From positions 24,118,001 through 24,182,000 of the forward strand of contig NC_092674.1 in the NCBI RefSeq assembly GCF_964355755.1: a DNA stretch of 64,000 nt, written 5' to 3'. The position numbers and the translations under genes were made by a program. A model generated the notes under the pieces. It did no database searches. It saw nothing but the letters and a program-made list of their open reading frames with translations, and was not told the origin of the DNA. Shown piece by piece: positions 1-12,749 of the stretch; the stretch's first letter is position 1, and each line of letters begins with the position of its first letter. This DNA comes from Antedon mediterranea. Its lineage: Eukaryota > Animalia > Echinodermata.

Positions 1-37
1 ACTAGTATGTAATGAAAATTATTTAAATTTTTTTCAG

Positions 38-3000
38 GGCAGTTCACATTCTGAGGAGTGCTTCAGCTACAAATAATGTCACTTTGGTTGTAACAAGAAA
101 TCCTTCATCAAAGTATGTATTTATGTTTGACAATAGTTAAGATAAAACTGTATATAAAGTGATAAACTCCGTCTAAACTATCAACTAGTTTGACAAAAAA
201 TATGATGATGATGTGATATGCCCAAATATAGTAGTGATATGATACATCATGTCCATATATGGACAAATCACACTATTTTTGTCAAACTATTTTGATAGTG
301 TAAACAGAGCTTTAGTTTACCAACTAATTACCATCAACAAGTTAATTTTGAATTCAACATCCAAAAAACTTGAAATCGTAAACTTACAGATCATGTCATT
401 ACTGTATATGCAAACAGTTGCCTTAAGATGGAAGATGTATGAACAGAGTTTTTTATGTTGGTATATAGGCTAATACATGTGAACGTTATAGAAAAATCAT
501 ACTATCTAGCTCATATTCGGAACATGATCTCATAATCGCGTCGAGCATAACTCATCAGCAAATGTTCCGTATTTTTAGTTGTATGAAAAAATGTCTCTGG
601 CGGGATTCGAACCTGCGACCCTTAACATATTTTGATTACCTATTCACAGGAAACATTTTAGAATTTTGTGCGAGTCGTCCATACAGTACTCCAGGACGGC
701 AAGCAGCAGTTCAATGAATGATTCTCAGTCAGTGTCATCAATGGGCAGCTCTGCAAACTATGCATCAGGTAGGTACTGTACTCTACACTAAGGGTTGCGG
801 GATGATTTGGCAATTCCATGACTCAATTCCATGACTCAATTCCATACTCATTGTATAAACCTTGTGGCGTCAGTTTATTTATATATAAATATATATTTTT
901 TCTTTATATTTATAATAATGTAGACACTTTTTTTTTTTGTACCCTGTATTCTTTTTTCCGAAATAAAAGGTGAAATGAAAATAACAGCTCTCTTTCGATT
1001 AGAAACGATTTCCTTATAAGGTATTGTTCTCTAAATAACATTTTTTCTTACAGTTTCTCCCAGAAGCATCGCTTCCTCCTCATCAATGACAAGTAGTAGG
1101 ATAACAGCTCAACGGTAAGTTACCATGGATACCAAGTAACACTTTCCTAAACCTAAGATTTCACTTTCTGAACAGTTTTGTCATTATTAATAACCACAGT
1201 AGAATAATTTTATATGAATCACCTTTTGGACTAAACAATGTTTCCCTTTAAACCACTGTCTACACTATCAAACTTTATGTGTGATATGCCCAAATATGGT
1301 AGTGATATGCCCAAATATGGTAGTGATATGCCCAAATATGGTAGTGATATGCCCAAATATAGTATTGATATGACATCATGTCATATATGGGCACATCACA
1401 TTTTTTTGTCACATAAAGTTTGATAGTGTAGACAAAGCTTAATAGGTGTTGGCTGTAGTGTTAAAACATACATTGCCCCTCATTCATTTTAGCCTTCATA
1501 ATAGGGTAGTGTGTCTACTGTCTATTTGGTAGTAACTAATAGTTTTTATATAACACCTAAATAAATTCCTGTCATTTGATTGGACAATTGTGGGTCACAT
1601 GGCGTGCAATAGTATGCACTATTGAAAGGGTCGTTCGATAGTACTTTTTTTTGTGAATGGTTTTTTTGTGAATGATGAAAGGTTACATACAGATACAGAT
1701 CTTTTATTGTCATTCAAACCAAAATTCAAAATTTCACCTCATGCCATTATTTGTGCCATTACACTCATTATTAACATTCAATGCCTGTATAATATAGAAG
1801 TATATAAACAATTTGTTGTTACCAAATTGCTGTTCCAAACAAATTACATAAAAAACCTCAGTTCTAATGTGAGTCTGGATTATTATTACTTCAATGTTTT
1901 GTTTCCCTTCTAGAATTGAGAATGTACAACAAATAAGAATACCAAAGATTGCTGGTCTTGGCTTGAGTATTGGGGGTGGAATGCACCAAATGGATGGACC
2001 AACCATTTACATTGACCATGTCATCGCTGGAGGAGATGCACATAAGGTATATTATAATTGACTCTCCCAATGTAATACAAAATAAACCTATCCAATAGCA
2101 AAGATAAAATAACAGGCACGGGTTTAGGGAGGGGATAAACAGACTTCAGCCTTACCGGCCTCCACCCAAAAGTTTTACCTTTTTAGTGTCATTTCCGGCT
2201 AACTATTTATCATGAATTCCATGTGCAAGAGGACCATTTTCAATGATCTAAGGGGTCATTTAACTAAATTCGCTTTGACACAGTCCTGTTCATTTCAATA
2301 TTTTAATGCCCTGTGCCCCTATTTCAAAATCCTTGATCCTCCCCCTGACTAAAGCTCTTTCTACACTATCAAACTAGTGATGTGCCTAAATATGGTAGTG
2401 ATATGCTCAAATATGGTAGTGTTATGACGTCATTATGTCCATATATGGGCATGTCATTAACTTAATATAAAATATGTACTATACATACTTTATTTGTTTT
2501 TTCAGGATGGTAGGCTTAGGGTTGGTGATCAGCTGGTGGCTATCGATGGTCAGTCTTTGATTGGACTCAAGCAAGAGGATGTCAAAGCTTTGATGACAAG
2601 GATCAAATTGAGGTAGGCTTATTAAGCTCTATGTGACAAAATTGAGGTAGGCTTATTAAAGCTCTATGTGACAAAAATGTGATAATATAAACACAATGAT
2701 GTCATATCACTACCATTTTTTGGCACATCACACCTTTTTTTGTCACTGTCAGCCATGGTCATTCCCAAAATTTGTTAATATTAATAAAAATAAATATTAT
2801 TTCTTTCTGCTTTCAGGACGGATAAGCCATCAACAACAATAGGTTTTATTTGTTCATCTCAAAACACTTCATCGCAAAGCCCCATGCCTAGTTCTCATCC
2901 TACGAACCCCTCATCTAACCGTACCCCTTCGTCCCACCTTGATACCTCTTATTCTCACACTCAATCAAACCGTTCCAGTCCTCACAATAGACAGGGTTAT

Positions 3001-6000
3001 AACTCGTCTCCGAATCATCCTCACCCGTCCGAGTTAATAGCTCAAATGCAAGCAGCACAGGTCAATCACATCACCCCTAGTCCACATCTTACGTCCATGA
3101 AAAGGTCACCTTTACATACTGACCCTTCTATGACCACACCACAGCCGAGAAACTCTCCAAATCAAGATTTACCATTACATAGTACTGATGCTGCACAGGG
3201 ATATGGTTCAGAGAACACACCAGCCCATTATAGAAATGGGGGTGTTCAACATCAAACTCCTATGTCTGCATTGCCCTCGCACATGCAAGGACTTCATGCT
3301 CAACCCAAGATGTCTTCAACGCCACAAGCTGACCAATCAACTGGTGAGTTTTATCTTGCTTTATATTCAACATCACACACATTTTGATATTAATAAATTG
3401 ATACATTTACTAATATATGTTGTTTGAAGATCAGAACGCTGTGGACTTCAACAACAACATTCTTCTCCCATTGTGTCACTGGCAGCCAATTACGGCGCCA
3501 TTACCTCTGTCCACGACAATGGCTCAGTGTGTGAACTAGTACACCGGGGTAACCCCTCTACATATCTCGAAAGATGTACTAGGTTCTTTAAAGTGCACAC
3601 GAGCAATATGTGTTCACTGGACCTACGGTTTATAGTCCTTATCCGAGAAGATTTGTTCTACCGCCAGAACCATGGCAGAGCCTCAAACCCTTGCCAATGT
3701 TGTGACTATTGATTACGGTTCTACTGCCCGGCCTCCCATCTCAAATGAACAATTTTAGGTTGCTGAGAGTGTATATATATTTTTCTTAACCTAAAATATT
3801 CAACCAGTATTATACACAGGACCATATTTTGCTGAACAAATTTCCAATCTCTGCTTTCAGTATAGTTATGACACACCATGTATGCCAAAAAACCTTCCTC
3901 TTTAGAACTATTAAGCTAAAAATCGTCATCTAAAACCCAGACTACAATGTAACATAATTTTAAAAAATATGTCATTTTGGATGTTATCATATGAATGACC
4001 TGAAGTTAATGTGTTTTTTTGTTTTGTTAAATAATCTATTCAGCGTCACCTAGTGGTGCACAACTACCTCACACGCTGGCCATAACAGGTGACCCTTCCC
4101 CCGTTGGGCCTAATGGACGTCATCACCTGGGGTCATCAACTTTATCTAGTCATCATACATCGCAGTCAACCAGCGGATTAGGATCTGGCTCCAGTCGTAT
4201 GTCTCGTGATCGACGTTTGTCACTTGACCCTCAAGTCCGTCTGAGAATAGACAAATTAGAAGTGGTAAGTTCAAGTTCTAATTAATTAGTTGAAAAATAT
4301 TATCAATAAGTAGAGGGTACAATTAATTAAGGACTCCAATTGGAAACCACTCACTGGGTGAATTAAATGGCTAAAATTTGTCTTTAGAAAGAAAAACCTC
4401 ATTTCCTAAAAGTGGCCTTTAATTGAAGAGATTATTGAGCTTTGGCACAAGCATGTATTTCCCAACATGCAACGCACAAGCGCCACCCACTTTGTAAAGA
4501 AATCGATCCCATCAAAGCGATTACAAAAAACTTTGGTGACGTGCATAGAGAAACATGGGTGAATCATTAAATTTCTGAAAAATAATTAAGAAAACAAATG
4601 GTAAATTTAAAGTTATGTATAATTAAGCCAAACAATAAGAATTGTTTATTGTACTATGCTATTTATCACCCAATATGCAAGTTTAAACATGCCTAGCTAG
4701 GCTCAAGGCATTCCATTATTTGTTTTATTCGAGCGGCGTATGCTGCGTGTTCATTCTACACTTCCTGTTGAAGTGAAATCAAAACGAACAAGTTTGTTAA
4801 TGCAACTGTTCGCTGAACTACGTTGTTATGCAAATGAGTAGAATGTTGATGTCATCCGTTAAAGTTTACACTGCGAAATCTCACTAATATATTTATCTGA
4901 AACCCTATTGAAAAAATTACTCTGAAAATATTATATTCCTATAGGCTTTACAGTATTTGGGTCTACATCCTGATGAAACTCAAAAGGCAGAGTTGAGAAG
5001 ACGTCTTACTATTGATCCTAATGGAATGGTACCTTACGGAGGTAAGAAATACTGTGCACCTTATTAGACTAGCTTAAATTAATTAATAATAAAGATGCAT
5101 TGTCCCCCAAATACATGAAAAATTAACATTAATAAAATTAGACTTAGTATAAACCATTTTGCAGTTTTAATAAAGTTAATCATGTCTGTAGAAAAAAAAA
5201 ACAGGAACAAAAAATTAATTTTCACAAAAATAAAATAAATGGTTAAACTCAACCAAAAACCAATTGGCTGGCAGCCGATTGGACTGTTTTTGCTTTAAAT
5301 TATAGTTTTTCAGGTAAATTGGTCAAAGTGAATAACTGTTGTGGTGACTTTAAAATGGCATATTAAAAAAAAATTCATGGGATAACATAAAATAAGATGA
5401 TGATGATATAGTTAAGAAAAAAAAGTTTAACAAGCGAAACCCAAATCGAAACATAATGATATTTTTTGGTGGTCAAAATTAGATTTTGTGCGGACTGCAA
5501 GGGAAGTGTTCCGTGTCCAGTTAGATGATCATGGTATATCGACGGGTTCTTTGATGTTTGCTGCTCATGATGTCACAGATTTTGCAGAGCCTCCACCGTT
5601 TAATTCACAGGTAAGCATAGTCTTCACCTACTTGTGTTCACACTGTAAACTCTTATGTTCTGTAGCATTGTATAGGTTTAGCTCTGTCTGCACTATCAAA
5701 CTTTATGTGACAACAAAATATGATGTGCCCATATATGGACACAATGATGTCATATCACTACCATACTTTGGCATATCACTACCATATTTGGGCACATCAC
5801 ACTTTTTTGTCAAACTAATTTGTGTAAACAGAGCCTTATAAAATATAAACAGCAGAGGAATTTATGCAATCAATCAGTTTTTACTATTCATTGTCACAAT
5901 ATTTCATGTTGTCTATTTTTTAGGTGCCTCAAATTTCCTTGCCGACAGTTCATGAAAACCCAGAGCAGATAAAAATGGAAAGAGACGAAGCCTTGTTAGA

Positions 6001-9000
6001 GGTGGAGAGACTTAAGGTAAAATAAGTCTAATTGCTAAAAATATTGAAAATAATATTTAGGCTTATGAATGGTAGTTAATAAAAAAAATGGCTTCAGTTT
6101 TGATCAGATAATCAAGTTATCATTGAATAAAGTTAATGTGATGAATTTCACCACTGCTGTTGTTATAATCATCATGCCAGACCCCAGTGGCCGTATTGAC
6201 CAATCACACTTAAGTGAGATATTTCCCTTTAAAAAGTATTTCACTTAACTCAATAAATATTTAACTATATTTATATTTGAAAACAATAAGATGAGGAAAT
6301 CTGTGAAAAAGTCGACCCAACCTAGATTTGAAATCGGAACATTATATATACATTGTATTCACTTAGATTTTATTAATTTTAAGTGTTTCCCTTAGCCTAA
6401 GTGAGAATGGTGAATACAGTCACTGTATTCAAGAATATAGTATATAGAATCTTATGGATTTCTAGTTAATTTAAAACAAAAATAATGTAATTTGTAGAAT
6501 AGAATTGCACAAGTTAAAAGTGTATTTATTTTCATTTTAGGAACTACTATTGGAAAAAGAATCCTCTTGCAATATTGCAGAAGAAGAATTGTTACGGATA
6601 AGAAGGGTAAGTTTACTCTTAAATTAGATTATAAAATGGTCCTCAAGTGGTTGCCCAATCACAAAATATAATCTGTTATTGTATTTGTGGCACTTTGGTC
6701 ATATTTAATAAATGATGATTCATCGGTAATTTTATGCATACATAAAATCCAGGGAACTTAAATTCAATGTACAAAAAACAAACGTTCTATTTTATTCTGA
6801 TTCATTGATATTAACAAGACTAGTACATTTTCCAATGCACCATAATAATATTATTTTATTTTTGTTGTATTTCCTTACACTTAACATAGTTTTAAGTTTG
6901 ATAATCTTTGTCTCCCAGATATCTTTTAGACCCCGTTTGAAACAAGGTTTTATCTTAACACCTTGATATCTGGTTTTTGCTTAGTTCATATCTTGCTGTT
7001 TGTTATTTGTACATTTTATGACAGATTAAAGAATAAAATATTTGAATTGCAGGAGGCTCAAGGTGCAATACATGAGAGTAGGGCTCTTAAAAGTCGTGTG
7101 CATCTCGCAGAAGCAGCTCAAAAAGAAGCTAGGAACATGGAGATTGATTATGAAGAGGTTGTAGGGCTCCTGGAAAAAGAAATAGCTGAACTTAGAAAGC
7201 AGGTAAAACCAAACAAGACGTCATCATTATCTACAGTGGTAAATATAATCAAATTTTCTTTTTTAAATTTGTTTTATTAGTATGCTATTCAACTTTAATA
7301 TAGTGGAGCTGTAGCTTGGTGCTTGCTTGCCTTTCAATCCCAAGGTCCAGGGTTCAATACTGACCTAGTGTCAGTGTTCAATACTGACCTAATGTCAGAG
7401 TTCAATACTGACCTAGTGTCAAAGTTGTAACTCACAAATCTTTCTACTCCACTCCCTAAGCCTTAACTGATACTTATTTTTTGAGCATGATAAACTATTA
7501 TCCATCCTGTAATTGGTTAATTTGTCCCTGTTGATGCAAAGAAAAATTTCATGCAAATTTTTTTTTTGGAATGTAGGGCACAGCAGACCCGAACTCAAGT
7601 ACCTTGCAACGCAAGCTAGCAGTGTTAACGTGTGAGCTCAGAAAGTGCCAAGTAAACAAAAAAGTCTATGAAGTGTCAACTGATAAACTTCTCAAGTTTG
7701 CAGAGGTAACATTATTTGTTTATTTATATTATTCCTATTTCACACATACTCAGTACAGTGACAGTACTATATTTTATTTTATAATACTTCATTCATTTGT
7801 CCAGATATTTTAATTCTATTAAAGAGGGCCCCTGAAAGCGGAAAACTGCATAGCTTTTCCCACATAGAATCTGTATCTATCCTGTGTGGAAACAGCCTAT
7901 CCACTCCGTATTGTGTGTAAATGGTCATAAGGAATAAATTCTATATTTTTATTAACGTCAACGTTTTTCTGTGTAAATTGGCCTTAATGCAGTACTTTAT
8001 TTCTCTCTTCTCAGTTAGTACATGAAACACTTATGGACGGGCCAAATGGACCTGGTGCAAGGTAATTAATTTTGACAATAGATTTAAAAGCAATTTTGTT
8101 TTATCATCTTTGTCATTTTGGGCTGTTTTGCCTCAGAAAATATTCCAAAATAACTATTATAATGTATGTCATATTGGCTGTTGATTGAGTTTGTAGTTCT
8201 TCATCACCAGGTTTGTCTGTTTTGTTTCACATGTATGAGAGGTTGTTTTATCAATTCACCTAATTCTAGCATGAACAACAAACCTGTCTTATTTGTAAAA
8301 ATTGTTGCAACACCAGGAAAACTTATATTAGTTATACTCAGGTCCGTAGCCACCAGCACGGTTGGTAAGGTTTCAACCTGACCACTTTTTCACAAAGGCC
8401 TTTGAAAACCCATTGGCTTTGAACAGAGATTTTCCCTTTTCTATGCGAAAACCGCACCGCTTTGTTTCTTGTGGCTACATCACTGATACTTCAACTACAT
8501 GTTGAAAGTATGTACAATTTGTCTTATATTTAGCCTCCAAATTTGTATCCAACAGGAGCAGGGGTGAGGCACCTAGGAGGGGAGAGAATGGCTATTATCC
8601 TCCAGGCTATCTGGCGCAGCATGCCCGTAATGGTCCAATCAACCTGGCTAGTGAGGCTCGCGAAACAGTCAAAGCTGTCAAAGCCCTTATGGAGTCAGAG
8701 CGTAAGTAATCCGAAACACCTATATTTTTTTTATATATAATAGGATCGGAAAAAAATTATTTAACTGAAATGAATAAATTTAATATTGAAACTACAGAAT
8801 GGCCTATTCAAAGTCTGATTATATTAAGTATATATATATATATATATATCTGATGAAGGGCTAGTGTTGCCCGAAAGCAACTGTTTTACTTATCGTTTTG
8901 ATTTAGCTTTTCGCTTTTTTTTTGTATCTCCATTGAGATCCAGCCACTGATACCCACAGCATTGTCATTTTGTCAGTAATTTTTGCCTTTGGATTTATAT

Positions 9001-9867
9001 ATAAATCTAATGAATGAAACAATGAAATGTTGTGGGTAAATAAAATAAGCAAAAAGTTAAATGAAAAATAAAGTAAAACATCCAGGAAAATCAGCAGAGT
9101 TTTCGGGCAACATCTTCCTTTTTTATGACTTTGGGGAAAATACATCTTTAAGATTTTTTTTTCTCTTTGGACCCTTTGTCCCAAAAAGGTACAAGATCGT
9201 GCATTTAAAAAACACATTCATTTTTCAGTAATTTTTCAGTCATAACATTTAAATGTTTATTTTCAGCTCTTCCATATGGATGGGAAGAAGCGTATACAGC
9301 AGATGGCATGAAGTACTACCTCAAGTAAGTATTCATGCTAGACGGGAGCAGGTTTGAAAGAAGCTTGAAGCTCTGTCTACACTGACAAAAAAAGTGTATT
9401 GGGCCCAAATATGGTAGTGATATGCCCAAATATGGTAGTGATATGCCCAAATATGGTAGTGATATGACATCATGTGCATATATGGGCACATAACATTTTT
9501 TTTTTGTCACACAAAGTTTGATAGTGTAGACAGAGCTTTAAGCTTTTTTCAAACCTGCTCCAATCCGGCTCTGGAAAATCAAATAAAACGTCAATGTTTC
9601 GTTTTCACAATGCTCCACACGGCTATGCAGTACGGTTTGATGTCTAGTCCTATGATGATGCAAGACGATACAAATAAAACTATTTATAATAATAATAATA
9701 TACATTTTATTGAACAAGTTAATAATCAGAATGGTTTTATTTTGTTATTATCTTTCAGTCATAAAACACAGATGTCCACATGGTCCCATCCTGTCTCAAA
9801 TGTAGCACATTTACAGCAAGTAGATATATCTGAATCGGAGGCTGAATTACAAGAGTCACGGACATGA
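38..9867 (+). CDS. STXBP4: Syntaxin-binding protein 4 (Synip)-like, 5'-partial, multi-exon
   Basis: GT-AG exons with continuous frame: 38-112, 650-768, 1054-1114, 1914-2046, 2506-2612, 2817-3343, 4044-4264, 4945-5041, 5483-5610, 5924-6016, 6541-6606, 7053-7202 (or 7238), 7577-7705, 8015-8061, 8556-8701, 9267-9324, 9759-9867 (TGA). Translation gives the end of one PDZ (AVHILRSASATNNVTLVVTR), a second PDZ (GLGLSIGGG...GGDAHKDGRLRVGDQLVAIDG), LSLDPQVRLRIDKLEVALQYLGL, a coiled coil (LKSRVHLAEAAQKEARNMEIDYEEVVGLLEKEI) and a C-terminal WW domain (LPYGWEEAYTADGMKYYLNHKTQMSTWSHP). This is the STXBP4 architecture. Confidence 0.88.
163..312. mobile_element. MITE family A (TIR AAGCTCTGTCTACACTATCAAAC, Harbinger-like)
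   Basis: Degenerate TIRs and the internal GTGATATGCCCAAATATGGTA motif shared with more than 10 copies in the window. Confidence 0.7.
1250..1440. mobile_element. MITE family A with expanded 21-bp internal repeat
   Basis: TIRs CTGTCTACACTATCAAACTT / AAGTTTGATAGTGTAGACA, 4 copies of GTGATATGCCCAAATATGGTA, TAA flanks. Confidence 0.8.
2351..2458. mobile_element. MITE family A, truncated
   Basis: One TIR plus the 21-bp repeats. Confidence 0.65.
2659..2745. mobile_element. MITE family A remnant
   Basis: AAGCTCT...GATGTCATATCACTACCAT...GGCACATCACA matches family A in the opposite orientation. Confidence 0.55.
3449..3735 (-). mobile_element. tRNA-derived SINE, same head and core as 49007 but a different 3' tail
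   Basis: The reverse complement of 3530-3730 matches the 49007 family. The tail diverges and ends in (TTG)n. Confidence 0.8.
5679..5836. mobile_element. MITE family A
   Basis: AGCTCTGTCTGCACTATCAAAC...GTGTAAACAGAGCC with internal ATATCACTACCATATTTGGGC repeats. Confidence 0.75.
6185..6425. mobile_element. MITE with CAGTG...CACTG TIRs
   Basis: CAGTGGCCGTATTGACCAATCACACTTAAG versus the reverse complement of CCTAAGTGAGAATGGTGAATACAGTCACTG. Confidence 0.6.
7303..7425 (+). repeat. Degenerate tRNA-like SINE head with triplicated box B segment
   Basis: TGTAGCTTGGTG (A-like), then GTTCAATACTGACCTAGTGTCA three times. Confidence 0.5.
8850..8878 (+). ncRNA. Hammerhead ribozyme core motif (Penelope-like element remnant)
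   Basis: CTGATGA-A-GGGC-tagtgtt-GCCC-GAAA next to a (TA)n run. Stems I and III are not clearly intact. Confidence 0.45.
9368..9539. mobile_element. MITE family A
   Basis: AAGCTCTGTCTACACT...AGTGTAGACAGAGCTT with 3 copies of the 21-bp repeat. Confidence 0.8.
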
Positions 9868-10175
9868 TTCTAATTAAAGTCCGGTTTTAAAATTGTATTA
9901 CAAGAGTCAAGGACAAGATTCTAATTAAAGAACAGTTTTTCAACTGGTTTTAAAATTGTATTTCAAGAGTCAAGGACATGATTCTAATTAAAGACCAGTT
10001 TTTCAACTGGTTTTAAAATTGTATTACAAGAGTCAAGGACAAGATTCTAATTAAAGACCAGTTTTTTAACTGTTTTTTAAATTGTATTACAAGAATCAAG
10101 GACATGATTCTAATTAAAGACCATTTAAACAAAATGATAACAAGAATCAAAGACCTGATTCTAATTAAAGACCAG
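9846..10175. repeat. About 63-bp tandem repeat overlapping the STXBP4 stop codon and 3' UTR
   Basis: About 6 copies of TTACAAGAGTCAAGGACATGATTCTAATTAAAG... Confidence 0.9.
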
Positions 10176-10607
10176 GATTTTTTAAACACAGAACACTTAC
10201 ATATATAAAAAATGTATGGACGGGACAAAACATAATAATTACTATGTAAGCGGAAAAGAATTGGGCATCATGTGACCCACAACCGTCCAATCAAATGACT
10301 GAAATCCATTTAGGTGTTAATAATAATATAATGATTTTATCATCATTTTCAGTACTATAATATAAGGCAGCACAAAACAAGTAGAACACAACTTTAATTT
10401 AGAATTTTTATTTACATTTTGTTTATACTTAATAATAATTAATACGATTTTGATTTAAAAAGGAAAGAGGGTTTTATATTGTTTATTTAAAAGAATTGAT
10501 GGATTGGGCTTATTAATATTTATTTTCATAAGCTAGGCTAGTAATTTTGATGAATTTAATTCCTGTTTTACACCCAAGAAAGCAAGTGTTAACATGCACC
10601 TTTTCCT

Positions 10608-10732
10608 AAAGCGCTGTTTACACTATCAAATTTATGTGACAAAAAAAGTGTTGTGCCCATGGACATTATGTATACCACTACCATATTTGGGCACAATTTT
10701 GTCAAACTAATTTGATGGTGTAGACAGAGCTT
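10608..10732. mobile_element. MITE family A, probably in the STXBP4 3' UTR
   Basis: AAGCGCTGTTTACACTATCAAA...TTTGATGGTGTAGACAGAGCTT. Confidence 0.7.
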
Positions 10733-12694
10733 TACATTAGAAATAATGTACCTATTTGAAATTCGAAATTAATTTATTTAGGGTTTTTTTTCATTTTATA
10801 CTGTACTATATTATTTGTAAATTATGATATGATTATTGATAATTTGTTTTTAATTTGCTGTGCAACATTTTTCTTCCTTCCATACCTTAATGATTCTTGC
10901 CTATTTTGATCACTCATCAATTTAAACCACTCTAAAATATAAATGAAGTATATTAGGCATATATATAACTGCGTTCCTAGGCACCAGCTATTTAATTGTA
11001 AGATCGACAAAAACTGCAGTTTTAGAGTTATTCAACATATATTTTTAAGTTTCGTTTTGAGGCCAAATATAGACAATTCTCACAATAGAGTAGGCCTAGA
11101 TTTTAAGTATTTGATAAACCTTGATCGTAATATAAAAATGAATTTAATAATTATATAATTCCCTGGTTTTAAATATTTGTTAAACCTCTATCGTAATTAT
11201 AAAACTGAATTTAATAATTATTGAATTTCAAAGACATTCCAAATCACCATAAACTCTATATTTTCTTTATTCTAACTATTGGTGAAATGTTTTTTTGTTT
11301 ACATAAATAAATTAAATTTGAAATACGTTGTCGTTTAATGTTTGCGTTACGTGTGATCGTCTTAATTTATAGTTTTTCTTGTATGTTGCCTTCTAGGCCA
11401 ACTTAATCGCCCATGAGATGCATAATACCATAATCGTAATCATCACGGAAGTAGCATTGTGTTTTTGAGCACGGAGAACTGGAATTATTATTTCTCCATG
11501 GATCCTGGTTGTTAAATTAAAGTTAAATATAATTTTAACATAATAATCGCAGCATTCTCTGAAGCTTCGCAGCGGCCGCCGCCCCAAAGATGTAAAAGAT
11601 GAGTGAAATTTTCGAAGGCCGGATCCGAGTCTCCTGGGCTCTTTTCAACAGGCACGAGTCCCCCCCGAGGTACCTTCTAAAGAAACCCGAGTCCATCGGC
11701 TCTCCGTGTTTTCAAGATTCTCGAGAAACAGAACCCAAATTGCTCAATTATGATGTGTTGTTCAAAACTTTAAGGTGGAGACCACGTCTGTTTCTATAAA
11801 CTGACCAAGAGTTGCAATAATATGAGTTAGAAAATTTAGGTTGTAATTGAAAGTAGTATCCGCACTGATTTGGAAACGTTTGAAAATGCCGCGGCGTGTT
11901 CTGTCATGGATCATAATGAATATTCATTAATCCATGGTTGTAGGAGGCCTACGCACCTGCAGTTCTGCTACACACACCAGCCGCGATTAGTAAAATGAGT
12001 ACAGTACTGGCAAACAATATGACGTAATTCATAATCATAGCGTGTCCTTATTTGGATGCCGTTGTTGTGAGTGAAACCGAAAAACATTTTCAAGTGGGCT
12101 AGAAACAGATTGAGGGAAGCACAATTTCGGCGTAAAACTTGATTTGGAATGACCAGTGATCTGGGACAATAATCTCATCTCTTTCCAATTTGTAGCTCCC
12201 GGTGATCGGAGACAAGAGATACAGAGAGAGTTGTCTTATTTGTTATTGTTACAATACATATGTTTATCTTTATTTTTGTAAGGCTCCCTAATGATCAGCG
12301 TCGGCTGGATGGACCAACCCTCGTAGAATAATGTTGAAATAAAATAAAATGATTCCTCGATAACCGAATTTAATTTAGCGTCCTAGTTTGCCTATGATAG
12401 CACATGCGTTGCCTAAAGCGGGAACATTTCGTCTAGACCTTTCCTCCGTTTTCTAGTAATGTGGGTGACGGAGAAGATACAGTTTCTCTGTTAATTTCAC
12501 TACTTTCGATCCCTGTGTTTTTGCACTCGATCATGGCAATAAACTAAATACTAAACAAACAACCGGGCCGTATTATGTGCTAATGAAATTTATTCAAGTA
12601 GTATGCGGTGGGTCTATAGTTTTGTTTTTTTTCTGATATTTACACAAATGCCTATTGTTAGCAAGTGTCCGGTACTGTATTCGAAATTTCGATG

Positions 12695-12749
12695 AATATC
12701 CGAGGAAAACTGTTGACAAGACTCTTGTCAACAGTTTTCCTCGGATATT
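12695..12749. repeat. Perfect 55-bp palindrome
   Basis: Arms of 27 bp (AATATCCGAGGAAAACTGTTGACAAGA) with a 1-nt spacer. Confidence 0.95.

Noticed and set aside
588-625. tRNA gene on the minus strand (GGTTCGAATCCC)
   Set aside because: Only the T-arm and 3' half are present. Probably a SINE or tRNA fragment.
1238-1423. ORFs with DMPKYGS / ISLPYLG repeats (also 9316-9510 and 19035-19301)
   Set aside because: Translations of the 21-bp internal repeat of MITE family A.
11393-11900. GC-richer intergenic stretch with short ORFs
   Set aside because: No recognisable protein motif, splice pattern or terminal repeats. Left unannotated.
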